Numbered from the stretch's first letter, positions 9,962 through 19,442 are shown. The stretch is 27,083 bases of DNA from Methanobrevibacter sp. (GCA_009776495.1 WRNS01000001.1:1-27083), one strand, 5' to 3'. Translations and numbers: made by a program. Notes: generated by a model not told the origin, from the sequence alone.

Positions 9962-9976
9962 CTAGATGTTAAAAAT
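9962..9976 (+). repeat. Inverted repeat, right copy (CTAGATGTTAAAAAT), marking the 5' end of the headless pglX cassette
   Basis: Perfect 15-bp match to the reverse complement of 8562-8576; read in frame as LDVKN with the downstream ORF. Confidence 0.9.
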
Positions 9977-12211
9977 ATAAATTACGAAAATATTTCAAAT
10001 TTAGTACTTACTTCCATGAAAAAAACGACACTTACCGATGCAATACTTTCGGATGAAATAAATGATAAATTATTTCCTCTAATAAAGCAAGCAGAATTAT
10101 TATCTAAAAAATATGATGTTCTTGTGACAAATCCACCATATATGGGAATAAGAGGTATGAATAAAAAATTATCTGACTTCTTGAAAACAAACTTTAAAGG
10201 TAGTAAAAGTGACTTTTTTTCGGCTTTTGTAGAAAAATCATTTTCTTTCTGCAAATCCACAGGATATTTAGGGTTTTTGACACCATATGTTTGGATGTTT
10301 ATTAGTTCTTATGGGGATCTAAGAGAAAACATTATGAAAAATAAAACCATAACATCTTTAATACAATTTGAGTATAGTGCATTTGAAGAGGCTACAGTTC
10401 CCATATGTACTTTCACATTAAAAAACACTCATGAAAATATCTTTGGAAAATACATAAAATTATCTGATTTCCGAGGAGGAATGGAAGTTCAGGAAGCAAA
10501 AACCTTAGAGGCAATAACTAATCTTGATTGTGATTATCTATTTTGTTTTAATCAATTAAATTTTAAAAATATTCCTGGAAATCCTATAGCATTTTGGGCT
10601 GGACCTCAGCTTATAAATGCTTTCAAAAACGGGAAAAAACTATCTGAACTTGCAGATATTAAACAAGGACTTGCTACGGGAGATAACAAGAAATTTATAA
10701 GATTTTGGCATGAGGTAGATATTAATAAAATAGGGTTTGATTATAATCCAGAAAATGCTAAACAAAGTATCGAAAAATGGTTTCCGTATAATAAAGGAGG
10801 AAAATATAGGAAATGGTATGGGAATAATGAATTTATAGTGGATTATGAAGATAATGGAAAAAATATTTTGGACTACAAACAAAAAAAATTAAAAAAAGGA
10901 TTAATCGAAAAAAAGAATAGTGGATGTTGGAATAGTAATTTTTACTTCAGAGAAAGTCTCAGTTGGTCAAAAATTTCAAGTGGAAATATTGCATTTAGGT
11001 TTTTTCAAAATGGATTTTTGTTTGATGTTGCTGGTTGTTCTATATTTACCGAAGAAGATAAGCTGTATCTTTTAGGTTTTCTCAATTCACAAGTTTGTGG
11101 GAATATATTAGGACTTATCTCTCCAACCTTAAACTATGAAGTAGGGCATATTTCATCATTACCTATTATTTTTTCAGAAGATAAACTTCAAACAATCAAA
11201 GGGATAGTTAAAAAGAATATTGATTTATCAAAAGATGAATGGGATAATTTTGAAACTAGCTGGAATTTTAAAAAGCATCCTATTATCCAAACAGATAAAA
11301 AATTAATATCTGAAGCTTATGAAGATTGGGATGAAATTAGCAAAACTAATTTTTATAACTTAATGGAAAATGAAAAGCAACTAAACCAAATATTCTTTGA
11401 AATATATGATTTAAGAAATGATTCTTATCCTGAAATTGATGAAAGTAACATTGCACTCAGAAAAGCAGATTTAGAAAGGGATATAAAAAGTTTTCTATCA
11501 TATTTCCTTGGTTGTTTGATGGGTAGATACTCTTTAAATGATGAAGGGGTTATTTTTTCTGGAGGCGAATATAATCCCTCAAAATACTCAAAATTCATCC
11601 CAGATGAAGATAACATCGTCCCTATTTTAGACACAGAATACTTTGAAGATGACATCATAAAACAATTCACAGAATTCCTAAAAGTAACCTTCTCAGAAGA
11701 AACCTTAGAAGAAAACATCAAATTCATAGCTAACGCCTTAGGAAACAAAGGAAAAACTTACCGAGAAACTATCAGAAAATACTTCTTAACTGACTTTTAC
11801 AAAGATCATGTTAAAACTTACAAAAAAACGCCTATCTACTGGTTGTTTGATAGTGGTAAGGAAAATGGGTTTAAGGCTTTAATTTATCTTCACAGATACA
11901 CACCAGATACTGTTGCAAGGATAAGAACAGATTATCTCCATAAAACTCAAAAAGCAATAGAAACTTCAATAGCTAACAATGAACAAATAATACTTAATTC
12001 TACTAACCAAAAAGAGAAAAACCAAGCAACAAAAGATAACACAAAACTTAAAAAACAATTAGATGAAACAATAAAATATGATGAAGCTTTAGCTCACATA
12101 GCTAACAAACAAATTGAATTAGATTTAGATGATGGTGTTAAAGTAAATTATGCTAAATTCCAAGGAGTTGAAGTTGGAAATAAAAAAATCGATTTACTAA
12201 AAAAGATTTAA
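9962..12211 (+). CDS. pglX: Headless pglX C-terminal cassette B (motif IV plus target-recognition and C-terminal regions); ORF track starts at internal ATG 10016
   Basis: Open frame from the repeat (LDVKNINYENIS...) to the stop at 12211; has NPPY but lacks motif I and the first ~440 aa; colinear with the C-terminal 740 aa of the full gene; an in-frame TAA at 9941-9943 with no start codon before the repeat. Confidence 0.9.
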   Translation, partial: LDVKNINYENISNLVLTSMKKTTLTDAILSDEINDKLFPLIKQAELLSKKYDVLVTNPPYMGIRGMNKKLSDFLKTNFKGSKSDFFSAFVEKSFSFCKSTGYLGFLTPYVWMFISSYGDLRENIMKNKTITSLIQFEYSAFEEATVPICTFTLKNTHENIFGKYIKLSDFRGGMEVQEAKTLEAITNLDCDYLFCFNQLNFKNIPGNPIAFWAGPQLINAFKNGKKLSELADIKQGLATGDNKKFIRFWHEVDINKIGFDYNPENAKQSIEKWFPYNKGGKYRKWYGNNEFIVDYEDNGKNILDYKQKKLKKGLIEKKNSGCWNSNFYFRESLSWSKISSGNIAFRFFQNGFLFDVAGCSIFTEEDKLYLLGFLNSQVCGNILGLISPTLNYEVGHISSLPIIFSEDKLQTIKGIVKKNIDLSKDEWDNFETSWNFKKHPIIQTDKKLISEAYEDWDEISKTNFYNLMENEKQLNQIFFEIYDLRNDSYPEIDESNIALRKADLERDIKSFLSYFLGCLMGRYSLNDEGVIFSGGEYNPSKYSKFIPDEDNIVPILDTEYFEDDIIKQFTEFLKVTFSEETLEENIKFIANALGNKGKTYRETIRKYFLTDFYKDHVKTYKKTPIYWLFDSGKENGFKALIYLHRYTPDTVARIRTDYLHKTQKAIETSIANNEQIILNSTNQKEKNQATKDNTKLKKQLDETIKYDEALAHIANKQIELDLDDGVKVNYAKFQGVEVGNKKIDLLKKI

Positions 12212-12231
12212 AAATCAGTCATTAAAAATTT

Positions 12232-12256
12232 ATCAGTTATTTATAAAATAACTGAT
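12232..12256. promoter_or_regulatory. 11-bp-arm palindrome ATCAGTTATTT-ata-AAATAACTGAT (operator or terminator)
   Basis: Perfect arms at 12232-12242 and 12246-12256; extra near half-site ATCAGTCATT at 12214-12223; TATA-like TTTATAT at 12276-12282. Confidence 0.55.
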
Positions 12257-12316
12257 GAAATATTTTTACCTAAAGTTTATATTTGCTAAATAATAATATA
12301 ATATCTAAGTGATAAT

Positions 12317-12565
12317 ATGGGTGAAACAAGTAATCTTTATAAAGGTTTTCAAACTGTGGTTCCTTCTAAAATTAGGAAAAAACTTAATTTAGACTTGGAT
12401 TATGTTTTAGAATGGAGTATTAATGAAAATAATAAAGTTGAAATTGAGTTTCGCAAAAAAACAAACTTCATGGATTTAAATGGCTTAATTTCATCTAAAA
12501 AACTTAATGATTCTGTAAAACTTCAGCGAAAAATTAGACGTGGTGAAGATATTGATTTTCGTTGA
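12317..12565 (+). CDS. AbrB/MazE/SpoVT-family antitoxin (VapB-like)
   Basis: 82 aa; QTVVPSKIRKKLNL..DYVLEW pattern of swapped-hairpin DNA-binding domains; overlaps the downstream PIN gene. Confidence 0.8.
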   Translation: MGETSNLYKGFQTVVPSKIRKKLNLDLDYVLEWSINENNKVEIEFRKKTNFMDLNGLISSKKLNDSVKLQRKIRRGEDIDFR

Positions 12566-12941
12566 TACTTCTTTTATCATAGCATTTGTTAATGATAATG
12601 ATGGGAGACATAAAGAAGCTGTTGAATTAGCTAAAATAATAGAAAATGAAGAAAAAGTTGTTTCCTATATGATTATTGTAGAAGTACTAAATAATCTTAG
12701 AAAATTTAAAAAAGGAAAACTTAATCAGGAAGTTTATAGAATAATTAAAGATAACTTTAAAATTCAGGAAGAATCTATTAATCTTTATGATGATGCTTTA
12801 ATGACACAATTAAAGTATCATGGAAAATTAGGATTTGCTGATTGTGTCATAATTGAAACTATGAAAAGATTAAATTTAAATCAAATAGCTTCTTTTGATC
12901 AACATTTTGATGGAAAAGAGGGAATTGTTCGGATTTCATAG
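12552..12941 (+). CDS. vapC: PIN-domain ribonuclease toxin (VapC family)
   Basis: Likely TTG start at 12552 (MIFVDTSFIIA) 5 nt after a GGTGA SD; acidic PIN residues in VDTS, IVEV, FADC and SFDQHF. Confidence 0.88.
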   Translation: MIFVDTSFIIAFVNDNDGRHKEAVELAKIIENEEKVVSYMIIVEVLNNLRKFKKGKLNQEVYRIIKDNFKIQEESINLYDDALMTQLKYHGKLGFADCVIIETMKRLNLNQIASFDQHFDGKEGIVRIS

Positions 12942-12975
12942 TTTAGAAATTTTATAATCTTTAAGAGTGTATATA

Positions 12976-15477
12976 ATGAATCTTCAAAAAATACAGTCAA
13001 AGTTATTAGAATTATTTAGTACTGAAGAAAGGCAAATTGTCTTCTGGTATGATGATAAAGCTCAATTTCAAGAGGATATAGCTAATTTAGAATTAAATGA
13101 TATAAAAAAACATATTTTAACAGATTCCAACTGGATTCACACCAAATATCTTTTAGAAGTTGAGGATAAAGATAGTGACTATTTAATCTATGCTCCTTTT
13201 TCAAAACCTGATGATAGAGACAATAATCTCGCTGATACAGTATATTATTCAAAGGAGTTCTTTGCAGATAAGATATCTTTTCTTATGGAAGAGCTAAACA
13301 TTCCTAATAAGTTCAAATCTTCTTTTGAAAAGTACTCAAAATTTTTCAATTCACAAAAAAGAATTGATTCCTTTAAAGATTTTAACATAGAAAATTATAC
13401 TGATGAAAATATTATCATAGCTATTTTATCAGTTTTATGTAACCTTAATATACCTAACTTTGATGAGGTATTAAAAGAGTTATTAACCGAAGAAAATTTA
13501 AAAGAAAATAAACTCATAGAAAACTTTGAAAAGATGAATATTTTAAAGGATTTTTGGGATTTAGCTAAGAAAAAATATTCTTATATAGAGAAAAAACCTA
13601 ACTTAGAAAAGTTTTTCATCTCTTTAGTTTTAACGCATGCCTCAACTCAATTTGATGGAAACATCCCAAAAGCTTGGGAAAAACATATTTTAGAAAATAA
13701 AAATAACATTAAAGTTTTCATGAGTAATTTAATGAGTAATTCTAATTATAAAATTAAAAATCACACTTATCAAGAAATGTATGATATTAATGCAAAAAAA
13801 GTAGAGATTTTATTTAAAAACTCACTATCTAGAATTCCAGTAGATAGCTATAAAAACTGTGATACTTTTGAAATATTCGATATTAATATTATGGAATATA
13901 TAGCTGAATTATTAGTTAGTAATCAAGAATATAATCCTCATTTTAAGGAGTTAATCGAAAATAGGATAAAAACTCATTTTTATAAAAATTTCCTCAATGA
14001 ATACCATGTTTTAAAATGGGCTAATTTTTTAATAAAAAATATTAATCTGTTTACAAAAGAGTCTAGACCAAATTCTCCTGATGAAATAATAGCTAAATAT
14101 TCTAAAGAATGGTTTTTAATAGATAAAGCTTATAGAAAATTTTATTTTTATTATGCAAAAGTGAATGACAATTTTAAGGATTTAAGAGATTTAATTGAAA
14201 AAATGTATTCTAATAATTTTCTATATGACTTAGCTATTCACTGGGCTGAAAATTATAATCCTGATAAAAATTATATTTACCAAACTGATTTTTATAAAAA
14301 AGTAGTCTCTCCTAGAGTATCTCAGCATAGAACTGTTGTAATTATTTCAGATGCTTTGAGATATGAGTGTGGAGATGAGTTAAAAGACATACTTAATCAA
14401 GATGAACTTCGTGAAATTGACTTAAGTCCAATTATTTCAACGATACCATCTAACACTGAATTTGGTATGGCAGCATTACTTCCACATAATGATTTGTCTT
14501 TTCATGATAATTTATTAATTGATAATAATTCAACAAGGGGCTTGGATAATAGGCAAAAAATATTAAATAATTATTCAAGAGAAGCTTTAGCTGTTAACTA
14601 TGAAACATTAATGGATATGCATCATGAAGAGTTAAGAACATTCTTTAAAGATTATCAACTTATTTATGTCTATCATAATCAAATAGATGCACGAGGAGAT
14701 CATCTACCAAGTCAAAATGAAGTATTTATTGCCTCTGATGAAGCTATTAAGGAGATAGAAAAATTAATTAAAAGATTAACTAGTTATACTGGAACTTCTA
14801 ATTTCATAGTCACTGCAGACCATGGTTTTATTTATAGAAATGATTCTTTAAAAGAAAGTGATAAAATTGATATAAAGGATGGAGAAATATTCTCTAAAAA
14901 TAAAAGATTTTTATTATCAAACAATGAATTAAATATAAATGGAACATTTTCTCATAAAATACCTTATTTAAATAATGATTTATTTGTCACAGTTCCTAAA
15001 GGAATGGATATATTTAAAACTCAAGGTGGTGGTTTAAATTATGTTCATGGAGGAGCATCACTTCAAGAAATAATAATACCTCTACTTAAAGTCCGAGTAA
15101 AAAGTACTAAAAGAGAGAGTTCACAAGTTAAATTAAATCTAATTGCACCAATAAATAGAAGAATAACAAACTTAGAAACTCATTTAACTTTTGCTCAAAG
15201 CGATAAAATTTCTGATAAAGTTTTACCATTACAAGCATTAATTTATATTGAAGATGAGTATCAAAATAAAATTTCCAATGAAATCATAATTCATGCTAAT
15301 AAAACAGATGATGATCCAAAACTCTTGGAATTTAGAGAAAAAATCACAGTTAGAAATAAACAATATGATAAATCTAAAAATTATTATCTTGTAATAGAAG
15401 ATGAAGATAAAAATACGGAAATTGATAGATACGAATTTGTTATTGACTTAGCATTTGCAGATGAATTTGATTTCTAA
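12976..15477 (+). CDS. pglZ: BREX-1 alkaline-phosphatase-fold protein PglZ (BrxZ)
   Basis: About 833 aa from ATG 12976; IVFWYD, SDALRYE, IPSNTEFGMAALLP, YHNQIDARG, TADHGF, YVHGGASLQE motifs. Confidence 0.95.
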   Translation: MNLQKIQSKLLELFSTEERQIVFWYDDKAQFQEDIANLELNDIKKHILTDSNWIHTKYLLEVEDKDSDYLIYAPFSKPDDRDNNLADTVYYSKEFFADKISFLMEELNIPNKFKSSFEKYSKFFNSQKRIDSFKDFNIENYTDENIIIAILSVLCNLNIPNFDEVLKELLTEENLKENKLIENFEKMNILKDFWDLAKKKYSYIEKKPNLEKFFISLVLTHASTQFDGNIPKAWEKHILENKNNIKVFMSNLMSNSNYKIKNHTYQEMYDINAKKVEILFKNSLSRIPVDSYKNCDTFEIFDINIMEYIAELLVSNQEYNPHFKELIENRIKTHFYKNFLNEYHVLKWANFLIKNINLFTKESRPNSPDEIIAKYSKEWFLIDKAYRKFYFYYAKVNDNFKDLRDLIEKMYSNNFLYDLAIHWAENYNPDKNYIYQTDFYKKVVSPRVSQHRTVVIISDALRYECGDELKDILNQDELREIDLSPIISTIPSNTEFGMAALLPHNDLSFHDNLLIDNNSTRGLDNRQKILNNYSREALAVNYETLMDMHHEELRTFFKDYQLIYVYHNQIDARGDHLPSQNEVFIASDEAIKEIEKLIKRLTSYTGTSNFIVTADHGFIYRNDSLKESDKIDIKDGEIFSKNKRFLLSNNELNINGTFSHKIPYLNNDLFVTVPKGMDIFKTQGGGLNYVHGGASLQEIIIPLLKVRVKSTKRESSQVKLNLIAPINRRITNLETHLTFAQSDKISDKVLPLQALIYIEDEYQNKISNEIIIHANKTDDDPKLLEFREKITVRNKQYDKSKNYYLVIEDEDKNTEIDRYEFVIDLAFADEFDF

Positions 15478-15809
15478 TTAGATTCGAATATTTTACTTAA
15501 TTAAATAAAAATACCTTAAAAATACTCAGTATTTAAATATCATATTAATCTAATATATATGGTGAATTTTCAGGTCCTGATTAAATTATTAAACATGAAT
15601 TAATTATTAATTTTTTCATAAATTTTAATTAAATTTATATTTATAGATTAATAGATTATAAAAAATGCATTAATTAAAAAATTTAGAAAATAGCTTCTGG
15701 ATATTGTCTATAGATTATTAATTTGATATGTTTTTTAAATTGTATTATGCTAAATTATAGAATTGACGGCGAATAAAAGAAGATTTTTTGGAAATGAGGT
15801 TTTGGAAAT

Positions 15810-18800
15810 ATGCCTAATAATGATGAAACATTCTACTTTTTAAAGGAAGATTTTCCTAAAATTGAAAAAATATGCATGACTGTAGAGGAAAATATCTATA
15901 CTAATCCTGTTTATGCAGTAATGGAAGGGAGAAAAGCAACAGAAAAAATACTTGATGAAGTTATAGATAAAGAAAGTCTTCAAATGTTAAAAAACAGTAA
16001 TTTAAATGAAAAAATCAACGAAATTAACAGTTTAAGCATTTTTTCCAAAGCAGGTTATGTTTTCAGAGCATTTGATTATAATAGAAAATTGGGGAACATA
16101 GCTGCACATCATGAAGTTCATAGTGAAATCACTACAGCTCTCAGAGTTCATGAAAATTTATTCACTATCGCCAAATGGTTTCATGATAAATATTTGGATA
16201 AATATGAAATAGGTGAATATAAAAATCCAATTCCTGAAAACCTAAAAAGTAAAAACAAATTTCTTGAAGAAGATATTTCTATATTGGATAATGATCAGAA
16301 TTATGAAGATTCACAAAACAATAAACATGATTATAAGAATTTGAGTTCTGAAAGTGATACTAACACTAATAAAATTAATGAAAATAGAACAAAAATAAGA
16401 AAAGATTCTTTTCCTGAGAAAACTTCATATACTCAAAGAAATACTAAGAAAATAAAATCATTTAATTTTAATGGAAATGAATATGTGGTAAGGAACTCTA
16501 AAGATCTTCTTTTACAATTATTGAGTATTTTATATAATTCAGAAAATGATTTTGATAAAGTTTTTCAGCTTAAAGGTAGAAATAAACCTTATTTTTCAAA
16601 AGATCCTGAAGTTTTAAGGTCTGCTAAATTAATCAAAGGTACAAACATTTATGCTGAAACAAATAGAAGCACTGAAAATATCATTAATTTTTCAAAAAAA
16701 TTATTGAATCAATTTAATTATGCACCTGAAACTTTAAAAATAACTTTTTATGATGATGTTTCTATAGATGAAGATAATCTTTTTTTGAAAAATAGAGGCT
16801 ATGGAAAAGAATTTTCAAGCAAACCATCCCTTAAGTTGGATAGCCATAAGAGTACAGAATCTAAAATTGATAATTCCAAAAATATTCCTAAAAAGAAAGA
16901 AGAGAATGAAAATCTAGATTATTATAAAATTACCATGAAAAATCTGAAAGGTTGGAACAAGGCAGTTTTTGATAAAATCACATTATTAAATTCTGAATTT
17001 TTCACTTATCAAAATCTTCTTGTTTTTATTCCAGATTTTCAAGAAATGTTTCCTAATAATTCTGCGATTGAATCAACAATTAGATTTACACTACAAAGAT
17101 TAAGAGATTTAGGTTTAATAGATTTTTTATCAAGGGGAAATTATAAAAATAAAGTGTTTTGTTACTTGCAATCATCAATCAATGAAAGAAAATATGAAAA
17201 TCCTATTCTGGAAGTTGCAGACAGTGAAAACAAATTTCTTGAAGAAGATGTTTCCATAATGGAGGATAATAATATAAATAAAGAAAAATCATTGAACAAT
17301 GGTTTTTCCGAAAATGGATATGAAAATTCGTCGGAAGAGATTTTTGAGCCTGAAATTTCTTATTTTAATAAGTCTAAAGATTTTTTAATTTCTAAAGGTG
17401 ATATAATTAATGTAAATGATACTGAGGATAAATATAACTTAAATGAAGCAACTGAATTAAATTCAAAGTTAAATAATCACTTTCTAGGAAAAGTAGTTAG
17501 AAAGGATTTAACAAAGAAAATAAAAGAAGGAGCCAATGTTCCAGTTTATGTTTTAGAATATTTACTTGGAAAGTATGCTACTGGTGTTGATGAACATCAA
17601 ATTCAAAAAGGTCTTGAAAAGGTTAAAAATATACTATCAGACAACTTTGTAAGACCTGATGAAGCTCAAAAAGTTATCTCTAAAATAAGAGAAATTGGTA
17701 GTTTTACTGTAATTGATAATGTTTCAGTAAAGTTAAATTATCATACTGATAATTATGAAGCAGAATTTTCTAATTTAGGCTTAAAAGGAGTTCCAATAGC
17801 TAAAAAGTTTCCAAAACAATACGAACGTTTGTTAGGAGGAAATATTTGGTGTATGATAAATTTTGAATATTATTTTGATGAGGCAGATCCAAAAAGAAAC
17901 CCTTTTATCATAAATAACTTAAGTCCAATACAGATGCCTAATTTAGATTTAGAGGAAATTTTAAATGCTAGAGAAAATTTTAGTAAAGGAGAATGGATTG
18001 ATATTCTTTTAAGATCTTGTGGTATGGAACCTAGTCAGCTAACTGAAAGAGTTAAATGGTTGCTCATTACAAGACTTGTTCCTTTAGTTGAAAATAACTT
18101 TAATCTCTGTGAATTAGGTCCAAGAAGTACTGGAAAATCTCATATATATAAAGAAATATCTCCTAATTCTATTTTAGTTTCTGGAGGTCAGACAACTGTA
18201 GCTAATCTTTTCTATAATATGTCCACTAAACTCGTTGGTCTTGTTGGTATGTGGGATTGTGTAGCTTTTGATGAAGTAGCTGGAATTAAATTTAGTGATG
18301 CTGATGGCGTAGCTATTATGAAAGACTATATGGCTTCAGGGTCTTTTTCTCGAGGAAAAGAAAAGAAAAATGCTTTAGCCTCAATGGTTTTTGTAGGAAA
18401 CATAAATCAAAGTGTGGATTATTTACTTAAAACATCAAACTTATTTACACCATTCCCTGGTGAAATTGCAAAGGATAGTGCATTTTTTGATCGTATCCAT
18501 TGTTATATTCCTGGATGGGAAATTCCGAAATTCAACCCAGAACATTTCACTAATGATTATGGATTCATTACAGATTATTTTGCAGAATTCATGCGAGAAA
18601 TGAGAAAAAGATCTTTCAGTGGTTCTTATCTGGAATATTTTAAATTAGGTCGTGATTTAAATCAAAGAGATACTATTGCAGTTAAAAAAATGGTCTCTGG
18701 CTTGATAAAACTCATTTATCCTAATGGAAAATATGATAAAGAAGATATTCGTGAACTTTTAATTCTATCTTTAGAATCCCGTAGAAGAGTAAAAGAGCAG

Positions 18801-19442
18801 TTAAAAAGGATTGCTGGCTTAGAATTTTTCGATGTTAATTTTTCATTCATTGATAATGAAACAGATAAAGAAGAAAGAGTAGGTGTTAAAGAACAAAGCA
18901 AAGGCGAATTAATATTTGAAGGATCAACAGGACCAAACCATTATAATATTTCAACTGATAAAACATCTACAGAAGTCATTGAAAATTCAGAACATAATTT
19001 AGAATCTGAACCAATTAGTTCTACTTTTTCTAAAAATTTAGAATCATTAAAAATTTATGAAAGTCAGATTCATGAACTGAAAAATCTATATGAAAACAAA
19101 GAAAAAATTGCTCGTGATTTAATCGAAAAATGTTTTTCTCCACCACAAATGTCTTATGATAGATTCATAGATGAACTAGATAGTTATAATATACTTTTTT
19201 ATAATCAAGCAGAATCAGCATTGAAAATCATTGAGGCAAATGTAGGATACACACCAAAAGTTGATGACGAGCTTAAAAAAAGATTGAATACACTAAAATC
19301 ATTTGTAGAAAAAATCGACGAATTGAACATTGAATTAGCTATTAAATTAAGTAATTCTAGTGAGGAATCTTATTCTGGTGAAATAGAAGATTTGTTGGAG
19401 GATATGCAAAAGCTTGTCGATTCTGTGAAAGAATATGATTAA
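15810..19442 (+). CDS. brxL: Multidomain BrxL fusion: DUF4145/HEPN-like + SeqA-C-like + DpnI-wH-like + BrxL AAA+ core + non-Lon helical tail
   Basis: BrxL core at about aa 550-1038 (GKVVRKDLTKKIKEGANVPVYVLEYLLG, Walker A GPRSTGKS, VAFDEVAG, RRRVKEQL); the N- and C-terminal extensions are described in the findings. Confidence 0.88.
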   Translation: MPNNDETFYFLKEDFPKIEKICMTVEENIYTNPVYAVMEGRKATEKILDEVIDKESLQMLKNSNLNEKINEINSLSIFSKAGYVFRAFDYNRKLGNIAAHHEVHSEITTALRVHENLFTIAKWFHDKYLDKYEIGEYKNPIPENLKSKNKFLEEDISILDNDQNYEDSQNNKHDYKNLSSESDTNTNKINENRTKIRKDSFPEKTSYTQRNTKKIKSFNFNGNEYVVRNSKDLLLQLLSILYNSENDFDKVFQLKGRNKPYFSKDPEVLRSAKLIKGTNIYAETNRSTENIINFSKKLLNQFNYAPETLKITFYDDVSIDEDNLFLKNRGYGKEFSSKPSLKLDSHKSTESKIDNSKNIPKKKEENENLDYYKITMKNLKGWNKAVFDKITLLNSEFFTYQNLLVFIPDFQEMFPNNSAIESTIRFTLQRLRDLGLIDFLSRGNYKNKVFCYLQSSINERKYENPILEVADSENKFLEEDVSIMEDNNINKEKSLNNGFSENGYENSSEEIFEPEISYFNKSKDFLISKGDIINVNDTEDKYNLNEATELNSKLNNHFLGKVVRKDLTKKIKEGANVPVYVLEYLLGKYATGVDEHQIQKGLEKVKNILSDNFVRPDEAQKVISKIREIGSFTVIDNVSVKLNYHTDNYEAEFSNLGLKGVPIAKKFPKQYERLLGGNIWCMINFEYYFDEADPKRNPFIINNLSPIQMPNLDLEEILNARENFSKGEWIDILLRSCGMEPSQLTERVKWLLITRLVPLVENNFNLCELGPRSTGKSHIYKEISPNSILVSGGQTTVANLFYNMSTKLVGLVGMWDCVAFDEVAGIKFSDADGVAIMKDYMASGSFSRGKEKKNALASMVFVGNINQSVDYLLKTSNLFTPFPGEIAKDSAFFDRIHCYIPGWEIPKFNPEHFTNDYGFITDYFAEFMREMRKRSFSGSYLEYFKLGRDLNQRDTIAVKKMVSGLIKLIYPNGKYDKEDIRELLILSLESRRRVKEQLKRIAGLEFFDVNFSFIDNETDKEERVGVKEQSKGELIFEGSTGPNHYNISTDKTSTEVIENSEHNLESEPISSTFSKNLESLKIYESQIHELKNLYENKEKIARDLIEKCFSPPQMSYDRFIDELDSYNILFYNQAESALKIIEANVGYTPKVDDELKKRLNTLKSFVEKIDELNIELAIKLSNSSEESYSGEIEDLLEDMQKLVDSVKEYD
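16252..16274 (+). repeat. Direct repeat copy 1 (AAAACAAATTTCTTGAAGAAGAT) in the brxL fusion
   Basis: Identical to 17227-17249; part of a longer imperfect repeat encoding Y(K/E)NPI(P/L)E...S(K/E)NKFLEED(I/V)SI. Confidence 0.85.
17227..17249 (+). repeat. Direct repeat copy 2 in the brxL fusion
   Basis: Identical to 16252-16274, 975 bp apart (325 codons, in frame). Confidence 0.85.

Noticed and set aside
10016-10018. ATG 10016 as the start of an independent 731-aa methyltransferase
   Set aside because: Homology and the open frame extend back to the repeat at 9962, and the SAM-binding motif I is absent, so it is better explained as a silent cassette.
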